A stretch of 64,000 nt of DNA from Blepharisma stoltei ATCC 30299 (taxonomy: Eukaryota; Protista; Ciliophora): the NCBI GenBank assembly GCA_965603825.1, contig CBFDEM010000016.1, positions 434,001 through 498,000 on the forward strand, read 5' to 3'. The translations under genes were made by a program, and so were the position numbers. This document shows positions 36,705 to 47,383 of this stretch, piece by piece. Position 1 is the stretch's first letter, and each line of letters begins with the position of its first letter. The notes under the pieces were generated by a model. The model saw only the letters and a list, made by a program, of their open reading frames with translations. It did no database searches and was not told where the DNA came from.

Positions 36705-36873
36705 AAATAATTTACCAGTATTAAGAAAATTAATTTTTATTTTTAAGAATCTTTACGATAATGCTATAACAAGAAGTCTGTCCAAATTAGTTTATTTTTA
36801 TAATAACTGATATTTGAAATATTATTTAGATATAACTTTTTTATTCGTTTTTGGCTTATTTATCAAAAATAAT

Positions 36874-37590
36874 ATGGGCGATTGCAGCAGCAGACCTACT
36901 AAAGCCGATATGGAGCAGCATATCCACGACTATAATGCAAAAAACGACCTATTTTTCCAAGCAGTCCCATTTGATAGAAAAATCGAAGAAATGATTTTGG
37001 AAGAAAATTCAAAAAAAGGTCTTCAAGAAAAGCTTCAACTTTATCAAAGGAAAAAAGTTGAATACCTAACTACTTATAGTACAATAACTGCTGGGGAACC
37101 TCATATCCCTGAATTATCAATAGAAATTCAAAAAGGGCTCGATCTTCATACAAACAACTTATGCTTTACTCAAGGAAAACCTTATGTTACTGTCACATTA
37201 GAGCCGAAGGGACCAATTTATGAAACTTTTGAATCTGACAAGTTTATTCCTTATTGATTTCAGTTATTTCAAATAAAGCAAAACATGAACAGTTTTAGTC
37301 ATTTATTAATACAAGTATGACATAGGAGAAATGTAGCAGACGATTTACTGATTGGAGATATGGCAATCAAAATAAGCGATTTGGAAGACCAGCATGTTAA
37401 AGAAGAGTGAGTTGAACTGACAAGTCTGTATAGTAATGATCTGCTTCGACCATCTTTGAGAGTTAGGATTCAGCTGATGCATGATAAAAAAGCACTTTTG
37501 CACAGATTGTCAAAAAGATGCCAATATATTATAGATTTGATAAGAGCAGAACTAACACATAGAGAAAAACCTAATGGCACAAAGCATTAA
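36874..37590 (+). CDS. N-acylated C2-domain protein (238 aa)
   Basis: Starts MGDCSS; PYVTV, then TGA=W at 37255, 37318, 37408 at typical C2 Trp sites (PY-W, QV-W, EE-W-VEL); TAA 37588-37590. Confidence 0.82.
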
Positions 37591-37775
37591 TAAACTGAAA
37601 TGAATATAATCATAAAAAAATAATTTATTATGCTAAAGTACTTAAAATTGATTTTCAAAACATATTATAGCTTGTGAAAAATTAAAATTGAGAGCTATTG
37701 AAGTCTCATTTTTAAAATAATTTTTCAATCTTTGCATAAGCGTAATTCTGAAAAATGGGTGATTATAAATATAGC

Positions 37776-37988
37776 ATGGGTATTTGTTTTTCACAAAGGA
37801 AACAAATCATGCAGTCATGAAGCAGCGGTAGGCTAGAAAACATTGCTTATATGAGACAAAAGGTAGCTGAAACAAGGATACTTAATGCCCCAATTCTTAA
37901 CTTGCGCAATAGTTCATTATATTCAAGAAGGAAAGCTGAATTAAATCAAATGTGCGATAATTCACAAGACTTAACACAAAGTACATAA
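37776..37988 (+). CDS. 70-aa microprotein with myristoylation/palmitoylation-type N-terminus (MGICFS)
   Basis: Open only if TGA at 37818 is Trp; higher GC than flanks; absent from ORF track. Confidence 0.6.
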
Positions 37989-38410
37989 AGCACAGTGAAT
38001 AACCTCTTCGATTCTTCATTATACAAAATTTTTGTGTTGCTGAAGGGGTTATTTATATTTATATTAAATAATTTATTTTTTATTTTGGTTAATCGTTCTT
38101 CAAGTAGCTCTATAATAAGAAAGTCCCTGTAGACGTTATAATAATTTGAATTTTTTTAATTTAATTTTTCTAAAAATCTTGTTATCTGATTTTTTAGCTA
38201 ATAAAGCAGTTTGTGCTCATATCTTGGTATCTATAGAACCTTGACTCCATTTATTAAATTTTTCATATCATAATAACAATTAATTTCTTCACCAGAAGTG
38301 CTTATAAAGTATTATAGTTGTAAAAAATAGATACAATCTTAGGAATCAAATTATACAACACTAATAAGCTTCAAATTAGTATCAGCATTTTAGCCTGATA
38401 TAAACGTAAA

Positions 38411-39799
38411 ATGATGGATAAATTAAAAGAGTGGAAAGGAGTCATTGCTCTTGTCGGCTGTTTTGTCACTAACATGGTAAACCCTATTAAGATTTCTGGT
38501 ACAGTTAATACCTGGGGAGCAGTCAGCATTTATTTTACTTCATACTTTCATTCAAAAGACAGCTCAGTGACGTCATCTTCTATGTATCTCTGTTTTATGA
38601 TCTCATATTTGTTAGGAACTCCTTTTTTCAGTAAGAAATATTAAGTGCTTGCCAGCTATTTAAGCAACAAAATTGGCTGCAAAATCACCGTGTTTTTAGG
38701 GTCCTGGGCTTCAGGGCTTTTTATGTTAGCTAGCTCGTTTACCACAAACCACTATTTATTCTGCGTTCTTTATGGAATATATGGAGCAGGTGTTACTGGA
38801 ATTATCAATATTCCAATAATTTGGGCATGCTGGGGATTTTACCCACAACGTATAGGGATGATTACAAGCCTAGGACTTGCTGGGTATAGCTTAGGGCCAA
38901 TGGTATTTGGCTTTCTATGGACGATGATGATAAACCCTCATAATGATTCTCCACACAAAAGCCATGACGGAAACGCCGATTCTGGGCTTTTTGGCCATGA
39001 AGTTTATGATAAGGTCCCAGCCTCTATTAGATGGGCAGCTTTAATTTATGTTGTAATAGCAACCTTGGGCACTTCTATTATTTGGAACAAAGGACTTACA
39101 AACGGCAGAAAAGGGGTAGGAAAAAGCTTAAAATTAAAAGATGTAATAAAACAGAAGAACTTTTGGCTTCTGTTGGGCTGGGTTTTATTTTTATTTTGTC
39201 CTTATGCTTTTACTTTTACGAACTATAAGGTTGCCGCGATATCAAAAATAAAGAACGATCACTTTTTCGCCTTTTTGGGGTCTGCTGGATTTTTATCAGC
39301 TTGTCTTGCAAGACTAGGATGTGGGTTTTTAGTAGACAAATATGGATGGAAAAGACTAGCTATGATTTCTGCTTCAGTCCAAACAATTATTAATGCAACA
39401 ATTTACTATTCAATGGAAATTGAAGAATTATATGCAATACTAGTCATAATTGAGTTTATGTGTGGAAGCAACGCATATCTATTATTAGTCATGGCGTGCA
39501 AAGAGATATACCCAAAAGACTCTTGGATCGTCTCATTTCCAGGATCAGGAATCACCTTGGCTGTCTTTTTATTATACTTGATGCAGCTATTTATTTCTCC
39601 TGTATTTTTTACATAGACAATCGGCTATGAGTTCACATTTGACATCCTTGCAGGTATGGCGTTTTTAAGTTTGATATTAATCTACTACACACAAAATCCA
39701 TCTGCTAATGCCCAAGCAGATATATCTTTATTAAGTGTAGAACCTTCTTTAAGTGAAGCAAAAACCGAAAATTCATTATTACCTAAAACTTTAAGTTAA
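38411..39799 (+). CDS. MFS transporter, oxalate:formate antiporter-like (about 447 aa, three 15-nt introns)
   Basis: About 12 TMs, WGFYPQRIGMITS, GFLVDKYGWK; introns 38477, 38631, 39602. Confidence 0.85.
38477..38491 (+). other. Probable 15-nt intron GTAAACCCTATTAAG (in frame, no stop)
   Basis: Matches consensus; would remove VNPIK from TM1. Confidence 0.6.
38631..38645 (+). other. 15-nt spliceosomal intron GTAAGAAATATTAAG
   Basis: Removes in-frame TAA and joins the two MFS ORFs. Confidence 0.88.
39602..39616 (+). other. 15-nt spliceosomal intron GTATTTTTTACATAG
   Basis: Removes in-frame TAG and adds the final TM helix. Confidence 0.88.
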
Positions 39800-39834
39800 A
39801 GTGTTTAAAAATGTATTTTTATTAAAAAAATGCA

Positions 39835-40611
39835 CTACATTATTTGGCACTTTCCGGTGCACCCCTGGCGCTTTTCTTCAGTTTCCATTATCAGCTCTCT
39901 GTTCATGTTTACTCTTTGCTCTATTGATTTCAGCAATTCTTTCAATTGATCATTTTCTTGGCCTTTATTGTGTAACGCAAGCTCGCTTTCTGTCAGCCTA
40001 ATCTGCATAAGCTGAATATCTTTTTGCAGACTTTTTATTTGTTCATGAATAAAAGACTCTGGAGAATAATTGCACGCAAATGAGCTTTTAAAGTGCTTAT
40101 CAGCAGAAGCAGGGGAGCTGGATCTTCCTCCATCAGATTGGCATGAAATGACGCTTTCTTTCATTCTTTTTGTAACTGTTGAAAATTCTTGAAGAGCTCT
40201 ATGGCTGCTGTCCATATAGAGATTTGCTTCTTTTCTTAATTCTTGGAGGCTATGTTTGATTCTTTGATTAAGCTCTTCTGTTTGGTTTTTTAGCACACTT
40301 TTTTCAGATTCTTTGTTATGATGGATATGGCTGCTTGAGAAACTCACTGAGATTTCACTATCACTATCTGATATTTGAATCGGTGACTGGTTTTTTGAAT
40401 CTTCTTTAAGCTCTTTTGCTATTTTTGCTAGCTCACTACGCTCAGAAAGAGTAGTCGCGTTTGATGAAGGGGGTAGAGCTCCTTGGTTTGAGCTTGCTCT
40501 GAGGTCTGGGAAGGAGTTATCAGAGTTGCTTGATATTGAAAGAATTGTGTTTGAGGACTTTTCACGTTTCCGATTGAGTTTTCTATGCTTAGTTCGATAT
40601 GATTCTTCCAT
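39835..40611 (-). CDS. Ser-rich coiled-coil protein with CaaX prenylation motif
   Basis: Ends GCTGKCQIM. Confidence 0.7.
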   Translation of the reverse strand: MEESYRTKHRKLNRKREKSSNTILSISSNSDNSFPDLRASSNQGALPPSSNATTLSERSELAKIAKELKEDSKNQSPIQISDSDSEISVSFSSSHIHHNKESEKSVLKNQTEELNQRIKHSLQELRKEANLYMDSSHRALQEFSTVTKRMKESVISCQSDGGRSSSPASADKHFKSSFACNYSPESFIHEQIKSLQKDIQLMQIRLTESELALHNKGQENDQLKELLKSIEQRVNMNRELIMETEEKRQGCTGKCQIM

Positions 40612-40858
40612 GCTGAAGTTGTTAAATTTATATTTTTTTTGATTTTGTAAATAAAATGAGTTACTTTAAGGAATTTCTTTTAATTCCCATAATTGTTAAC
40701 CAATAAAGGTCTAAAATGAAATCATATCAAAAAATGTGCTAAACTAATTTATAGTTAACCCAAGAAATTCGGTATCTAAAAATGCAAAATTAGCTTAATA
40801 ATTTATTGTTTTAATTTTATAAGTTTTAATTTTCCTTCAAAGATTTAAAAGTAGCAAA

Positions 40859-42766
40859 ATGGAAGTCCTAGATGATATCATTGAATTTCTCAGAGAAAAC
40901 CACCTAGACGGAGTCGTCAAAAGTATCAACCAAGAGCTCACAAACCCAAAAAAGCCAGTTTCCTCTGATCAGCTGATCGTGAAAGCTATCGAAGAAACCG
41001 CAAAGGCTCCGATGAACTCCACTGATCAAAACACCCTTCACAAGTTCCTGAAAAAGCTTTCAAAGAAGCCAGTGGTTTCACAGATTCCAAGCGGTCTCTC
41101 GGACCTCAAAGCTTTTAAAAAATTTTTAAATCCTCAGCCTCTTCCAGCTCCAAAATCGCCTGCGAGAGAATCTAAAGTTGAAGAGCTGCCTCATTTTGGA
41201 GGGAAAATTGAAGCCAACCCTATACCTGCCAACGATCCACTTCCAACTAATATGAATTTAGATGAAGACGAGCTTTTTTCAGCATCCCAGATTGAACCAA
41301 AGCAAGAGCCAAGTTCCATAATGCAGCATTCAAATAGATCATTTGGAGCTTTAAGCTTAGAAGAAGAAGAAATCATTGACGAATATGAAGACGATGATGA
41401 CCCTGGGTTTATCCTCTATGAATCTAAAACAGACGACATCAATGTTTTCAGTTCAGAAATTGCTGCAAAGCATGGCTTTCCAGAAAAAGCAATTGCAAAA
41501 TCAAAAGCGCCAGACAAAGACAAGCTGCTGCTTAGAGAAGATTCTATCCTCAGCGAGTCCGAAAAGAAAGGCCAAAGTAGTTTATTTCCATCAAATATAA
41601 AATTCCCTGATTCTAATGATAAATACTACCCTGTGGAGTTTGAAAGTGTTATTTTTGACTGCTACATCTTAAAAGTCATATATGACAGAGAAAAGACTGG
41701 GTTTGAAGAATCTAAAGATTTCCAAATTGTTATTAACAGCGTTATTGCAGGACGATACCAAGTTATCGAGTTTCTAGGCTCCGCCGCATTTAGCAAAGCA
41801 ATACAGTGCTTAGATTTGATCACAAAAGAAATGGTCTGTTTGAAAATTATAGAAAATAATAAAGATTATGTAGACCAGAGTATCGATGAGATCAAGCTTC
41901 TGAAGTATATAAACGTCAACGCTGATCCTGACGAGAAACACATTTTAAGACTCATTGACTACTTTTACCATAAAGAGCATTTATTTATTGTTACTGAGCT
42001 ATTAAGAGACAACTTATATGAATATTCAAAATATAATAGAGAGCACGAGGAAGAGAGATATTTTACTATTGGGAGGCTTCAAAAAATTGCATATCAGGTT
42101 TTGTGTGCGCTTGAATACTTGCATAGCTTGAAACTGATACATTGTGATTTGAAGCCAGAAAACATTTTAATTAGATCATATTCGAGGTGTGAAGTAAAAG
42201 TAATTGACTTAGGAAGCAGTTGCTATATTCATGACCACTTAGGCTCATATGTGCAAAGTCGCAGCTATAGAGCTCCAGAAGTAATCATGGGGTGTCCTTA
42301 TGACTATAAAATCGATATTTGGTCCTTAGGGTGCATTTTGGCAGAATTGTATACAGGCTATGTTTTATTCCAGAATGACTCAGTCCAAGGACTTTTGGCA
42401 AGAGTCTTGGGGATTATTGGTCCATTGCCAGAAGAAAACTATAAAACAGGAAGACATACAGACAAGTTCTTTACTAAAGACAGACTGCTTTATATAGAAA
42501 CTGAAGAAGAAAAGAAGGTCGACAACAAACACTTGAGTGAAGAAATGATCGAACTGATCAAGAAACATAGAAAACCCAAAAAAGTTGTCAATGTTTTGGT
42601 ACCAAAGAAGACTTCGTTAAAAGCGAGGCTTCACACTGACGACTCTATGTTTATTGACTTTGTTAGATGCCTTCTAGACGTGGATAAAGATAGAAGGCCA
42701 AGCGCTCAAGAAGCGATGAAACACCCATGGATCACTGAGTGTAAGTATGAGGACGGAATTCCTTAA
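40859..42766 (+). CDS. DYRK-family protein kinase (plant-type DYRKP-like)
   Basis: KTGFEESKDF, LGSAAFSKA, HCDLKPEN, DLG, SYVQSRSYRAPE. Confidence 0.9.
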   Translation: MEVLDDIIEFLRENHLDGVVKSINQELTNPKKPVSSDQLIVKAIEETAKAPMNSTDQNTLHKFLKKLSKKPVVSQIPSGLSDLKAFKKFLNPQPLPAPKSPARESKVEELPHFGGKIEANPIPANDPLPTNMNLDEDELFSASQIEPKQEPSSIMQHSNRSFGALSLEEEEIIDEYEDDDDPGFILYESKTDDINVFSSEIAAKHGFPEKAIAKSKAPDKDKLLLREDSILSESEKKGQSSLFPSNIKFPDSNDKYYPVEFESVIFDCYILKVIYDREKTGFEESKDFQIVINSVIAGRYQVIEFLGSAAFSKAIQCLDLITKEMVCLKIIENNKDYVDQSIDEIKLLKYINVNADPDEKHILRLIDYFYHKEHLFIVTELLRDNLYEYSKYNREHEEERYFTIGRLQKIAYQVLCALEYLHSLKLIHCDLKPENILIRSYSRCEVKVIDLGSSCYIHDHLGSYVQSRSYRAPEVIMGCPYDYKIDIWSLGCILAELYTGYVLFQNDSVQGLLARVLGIIGPLPEENYKTGRHTDKFFTKDRLLYIETEEEKKVDNKHLSEEMIELIKKHRKPKKVVNVLVPKKTSLKARLHTDDSMFIDFVRCLLDVDKDRRPSAQEAMKHPWITECKYEDGIP

Positions 42767-42847
42767 ATAAATCATCTTTTAAATAATAAATAATCAAAAA
42801 TCGTTTATTTCTTATCTTTAACTTTTTGTTGACTTTATTCCATAAAT

Positions 42848-44101
42848 ATGAAGGCATTTTATCTGCTGTGCTTTCTTTCTCTATCCTACCTAAGCAATGC
42901 TCAATACTCCAAATTCCTATTAGGAGTCCTCAGAGGTGCAGATCTCGTTGGTGAATCATTTACTCGCTATTGCAAATATGAACCAGAAGGCTCAAAGCCA
43001 TCAGGCCAGATCCAGCCATACTGGGAGACTTTAATGACTGACCTAATCGACCTTTCCCAGAACTGCAGATATTTGGACGCCCTAAAAGTCCTCACAACTT
43101 TCCAGAGCTCAAAAGATTTGATGGATCTCACCCTAACCCATTTAGATGAAGCAAGAAATAATAACCAAATAAAACAGTCCTCAGATTCCTATGAAGCTGG
43201 ATACGCAATTGGAGCTTTTCTTGAGCAGTATTTCAGGATGGTCGATCCTTATGCATTCAGATTTGTGGAAGACCCAACAGCTTATAAAGATTTAGGCACT
43301 GCCGCCTATCCTGTAGCAATATTCCATGGGCTGAATCAAAATTGCAACGATTCAACCTATGTGCAGTTTACAAGCTATTTGGGAAAGCAGCTTAATACAT
43401 ATACAAGATGTGTGGAAATTGGAAATGGAGTTGCCACAAGCTTTTTGATGTCTATGACTGACCAAGCCAAAGAGGCTTGCCAAAAAGTAAAAGCAGACCC
43501 TAATTTCGCAAATGGGCTAAATGTAGTTGGACTGTCTCAAGGAGGGCTAATAGCAAGATCACTACTACAAAACTGTGATGGGCTTAAGATCCACGTCGTC
43601 AACACTGTAGGAACTCCTAATAATGGAGTCACTTCAATTCCAAACTGCTTTGTTGGTTTCACTTGTAAAATCTTCAACGATGCTCTTGAACTCGGAGTCT
43701 ACAGACCTGTTGTCCAAGGTATGGGACCAGCTGGCTACTATAAAGACCAATACAACTATGATACTTTCCTCCAAAGCAGCAGCTTCTTAGCAGAATTCAA
43801 CAATGAAAAAAGCATCAATCAAGAATACATTGAAGACTATCAAACCTTAGACTGGCTTGTTCTGCTTAAGTTCACCCAAGACGAAATTGTAGACCCACCA
43901 GAAAGTGAATGGTTCGGGTACTATGCCTTGAACTCTCAAACACTTTTACCATGGAATGAAACCCTTGACTATACAAACAATTTGCTAGGGTTTAAGGATT
44001 TAGATGCACAAGGAAAGATCGTGAGACTGTCTTTGAATTCTGGACATTTGGACTTCACTCAACAAGAATACACTGAGATGGTGGTTCCTTATCTTTTATA
44101 A
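42848..44101 (+). CDS. PPT1: Palmitoyl-protein thioesterase with N-terminal extension
   Basis: Signal peptide; FHGL, GLSQGGLIAR, DEIVDPPESEWFG, GHL. Confidence 0.88.
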   Translation: MKAFYLLCFLSLSYLSNAQYSKFLLGVLRGADLVGESFTRYCKYEPEGSKPSGQIQPYWETLMTDLIDLSQNCRYLDALKVLTTFQSSKDLMDLTLTHLDEARNNNQIKQSSDSYEAGYAIGAFLEQYFRMVDPYAFRFVEDPTAYKDLGTAAYPVAIFHGLNQNCNDSTYVQFTSYLGKQLNTYTRCVEIGNGVATSFLMSMTDQAKEACQKVKADPNFANGLNVVGLSQGGLIARSLLQNCDGLKIHVVNTVGTPNNGVTSIPNCFVGFTCKIFNDALELGVYRPVVQGMGPAGYYKDQYNYDTFLQSSSFLAEFNNEKSINQEYIEDYQTLDWLVLLKFTQDEIVDPPESEWFGYYALNSQTLLPWNETLDYTNNLLGFKDLDAQGKIVRLSLNSGHLDFTQQEYTEMVVPYLL

Positions 44102-44129
44102 CCTAATCAGTTATCTTTAATAATAAAAT

Positions 44130-44300
44130 ATGGGAGGATGCTGCTGTAAAAGAGAAAAAGGGTTTAAACTGCCTGAGGATAACCAGATAAAAGTGGATAA
44201 GTCACAAGTCAAAGAAAATGAGATACAAAAACCGAACTATTCTGAAAGGACGACGCCATTTACTTCAGCTAATGATGAAATTTTCGAAGATAATTCTTAA
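44130..44300 (+). CDS. 56-aa microprotein with dual-acylation N-terminus (MGGCCCK)
   Basis: ATG after AT-rich leader, coding-like composition, TAA; below ORF-track cutoff. Confidence 0.65.
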   Translation: MGGCCCKREKGFKLPEDNQIKVDKSQVKENEIQKPNYSERTTPFTSANDEIFEDNS

Positions 44301-44569
44301 AAATCGAGAAAGCACCTATAGAATTCTAATTTCTTGGGTGGAAATTTTAATTCATTATATAATTTAACATATAAGCGAAAAACGGATTTCCCTTTTAATC
44401 TATAACTATTTATATAGTTTTGAAAAATTAATTTTATTATTGAGATTTCTTTATTCTTAAGATTTAAGTAACTCCCATCTACTAAACGAGCAAAATTTCA
44501 GAAATAATGTTTTTATGGTTTGATGTACAATTATAGCTTCAGTCAAAACAAATTTTAAAAAATGATAAA

Positions 44570-44627
44570 CTATAGAAATTGCCCGAGGATGGCGCTGTAT
44601 TGCGCCATCCTCGGGCAATTTCTATAG
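44570..44627. repeat. Perfect inverted repeat, 26-bp arms and 6-nt loop
   Basis: CTATAGAAATTGCCCGAGGATGGCGC tgtatt GCGCCATCCTCGGGCAATTTCTATAG. Confidence 0.97.
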
Positions 44628-45181
44628 AATTTTTCTACACAGAAACCACCAAAAAAGCTCCATGCAAAGCATTTGGATCACAAAATAGAGCAAGCAGCCA
44701 AGAAAATTTCAAATGACCACAAAAGACAAAATATTCTGGAAGCTAAAAAATCTAAACTTTTTGCTTCTAAAATTTTGCTTTCTAAAGTTTTTCAGAGTCC
44801 TTTTTTTTGGAAATTTCTTAGCTAATTATTTTGTTTGTGAACCAAAATACTTTTTAAGAAGTATTATTAGTCGCTTTGTGTGTGCTCACATATTAAATGC
44901 GCTCTCCTAGAAAAATTTGCAAGTTTTCCCATTTTTAAAGCTGTTTTTACTCAGCTATAATTACATTATAATAATATATTAGATCCTCCTTATTGGAATA
45001 TATTTAAAAATCTCACTGGAGAAATTATCTTATTTGCTTAAAGGGACTAAGGAACGCTTTCAGCATTCTTCATTTTTATAAAACTTATCAGATTAACAAT
45101 AAAAAAAATAAATTTTTAAGACCAGAAGATTTGAATAATATTTAATAATCTTTACTATAAGTTTAGATAATTTTTTATCAT

Positions 45182-47383
45182 CTATAGTATCCAAGGATCG
45201 TCCTCCAAATCTTTTTTGTCAAGAGTGTGAGTGCTTCCTCTCCTCAATGGAATATATTTATTAACTAATTCTTGGTAATCCGAGCTTGGTTCTATTGAAC
45301 AATGCGATAGCATTCTATGCTTATTTGACATAAATTCCCAATTCGATTGGTTTATTTTCAGTTGCTCTATACAGTTTTCATCTATTGCAGACGATATTAA
45401 ATAGCTATTTAGAGCTTCATATAAAGGCAACGCAATATTTTTAATAAAACCAGCTTGAGATTTTGATATATCAGTTGTATCTCTATCACAATACATCGAA
45501 ATAGGCTGATTGAGCGTTTTTTCTATATCCCCTTGATTAAAGAATTCTTCTACAACTAAAACAGACCATCTTTCATGCAATTCTCTTACCTTTGCTGCGT
45601 GGCCAATATCAGCTGCTTTTATCGTCATTCTTAATACATCAATCCTATTTTCTGGAGTTTCTAAAGGTCTAGAACTATTGTTCATAATTTTAGCTCGAAA
45701 TTGTCCTAATAAATCGAAATGTCTGCCCATATCAGTCGCTAAGATCATTTCCACGATAAATTTCCTGGCTGCTATTCATTGGTCTTTATCTAAAGATATA
45801 AAAATATTGGTTTCTGGAGTAAGGACAATTTGAAAAATGGTTGAGCAATGCATGCTTTCAAGCACTGAAGCATCGTTATATCTGATAGCTAGCTCATCTT
45901 TTTTATTTATAAGGAATCTGTTTGTAAACCCTGGATGAGCGACATCATGGCCAAGATTTGCAATTATTGAAGCCAAAATTTCTACTTCTAATAGTGCATC
46001 TGATAGGCATGATTTATTGGTTATATATAAAAATGAGGCTAAAACGTCAGCTGCGTGGGTTGAATTGTGATAAGGGTTTTGCTTATATAAAGATTCTAAT
46101 TTTTCGAAAAATTCGATATAAATTTTTTCTTGAATGCTAAAAGCTTCATCTAGTCTGTATTTTTTAGCACAGTATTTACCTGTAATTAAAAGTGGCTTGT
46201 TTTCTGTACATTCTTTCAAGAAAAATGTATCAAAATTTCAATTTTTCCCTATTTGGCGTAAAATTCCGTTTAACTCGAAAACATCATAAGCCTTAAGTTT
46301 AAATAACTCAGACGTTTTACGTACCCGTATTCTGTTAGTTGATTTCGAATTAAGGCTATTTTGATCACTTCATGCTTGTTTAATAAATTCTCTATCATCT
46401 TTATCCATATGCTTAGTGATGATTTCAATATCTGTAGAATATATATTTCTTTTTGATGTAATAGTTTTCGAAGTTTTATTTAATAGCTCTAGCACTCTAG
46501 CTAGTTGTAGCTTGCTGGCTGCTGAAGCTTGGCTTATAAGACTTTCAATTAATTCTAAAGACTCGATCAGTCAGCTTGTAACCTCTTCAATTTCTGATTT
46601 TGGGCCATCATTAGTCCCGTTATCCTTTTCCAGTTCTGCATCAGCTTGCAATAACTGAAAATGGTATCTAAGCTTTACTTCTACCTGATAAAATTTGGCA
46701 GTCTCATATACTATTTGGAACACATAAATTGCAAGCTCTAACAGAGTTGTGATTAATGACTGTTTTGAGGGCAAGTGAGAAATTAAGTAAATTATCGCGA
46801 GACATATATTGGTAATCCCAAATTCAAAATAATTTGTATATAATACAAACTTAGAGACTCCTAAAATCACTAATAGGCCGGGAAGACTTGAAATATAAAC
46901 ATCAGCTTCATCTCCAAAAATAGCTACTTGCACAGGAGGATTGTTAAGAATTAGAAATACTCCAAATGAAAAATAGTTGAATTGTAAAATGTCAATTCGA
47001 AATTTTCTGAAAATTCTTGTGTGATATGACAGACAAAAAATAATGATGCTGAAAATCAGTACCAAGGCTAAAGATATTACTTGGAATTCAAAAATTTTAC
47101 TATACAAATTATCGGTTGCGTACACCAGTATGTACATCAAAATATACACCAGCATTGTCCCATAAAAACTCAAAAAGAAGTGTTTTCCTTGCATAGGATA
47201 AAACTCATGAAACTTCTTTTTACCAAATAAAATTGATTCTTTAAATTCCTTTTCAAGACTTTTATTTTTAAATTTTAACGTAATTCGGTAAAAGTCTTTT
47301 AGCCCACATTCGCTGCTGAGTGAGGAGGTCGATAATGGGTCAGAAGTTAATGTTTGAGTAGGAAGGTTAGGATCTTTAGGCAT
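45182..47383 (-). CDS. Class I cyclic-nucleotide phosphodiesterase with N-terminal TM region (733 aa)
   Basis: TGA=W at 46571, 46370, 46238 (N-W-NFD), 45776; YHNSTHAADV, HDVAHPG, LESMH, ILATDM, KAADIGH, EEFFNQGD. Confidence 0.92.

Noticed and set aside
37995-38053. Stem-loop after the UGA-containing microprotein as a SECIS element
   Set aside because: A 12-bp stem and upstream GTGA exist, but the 3' side lacks the GA needed for the kink-turn quartet, and the UGA has no redox-motif context.
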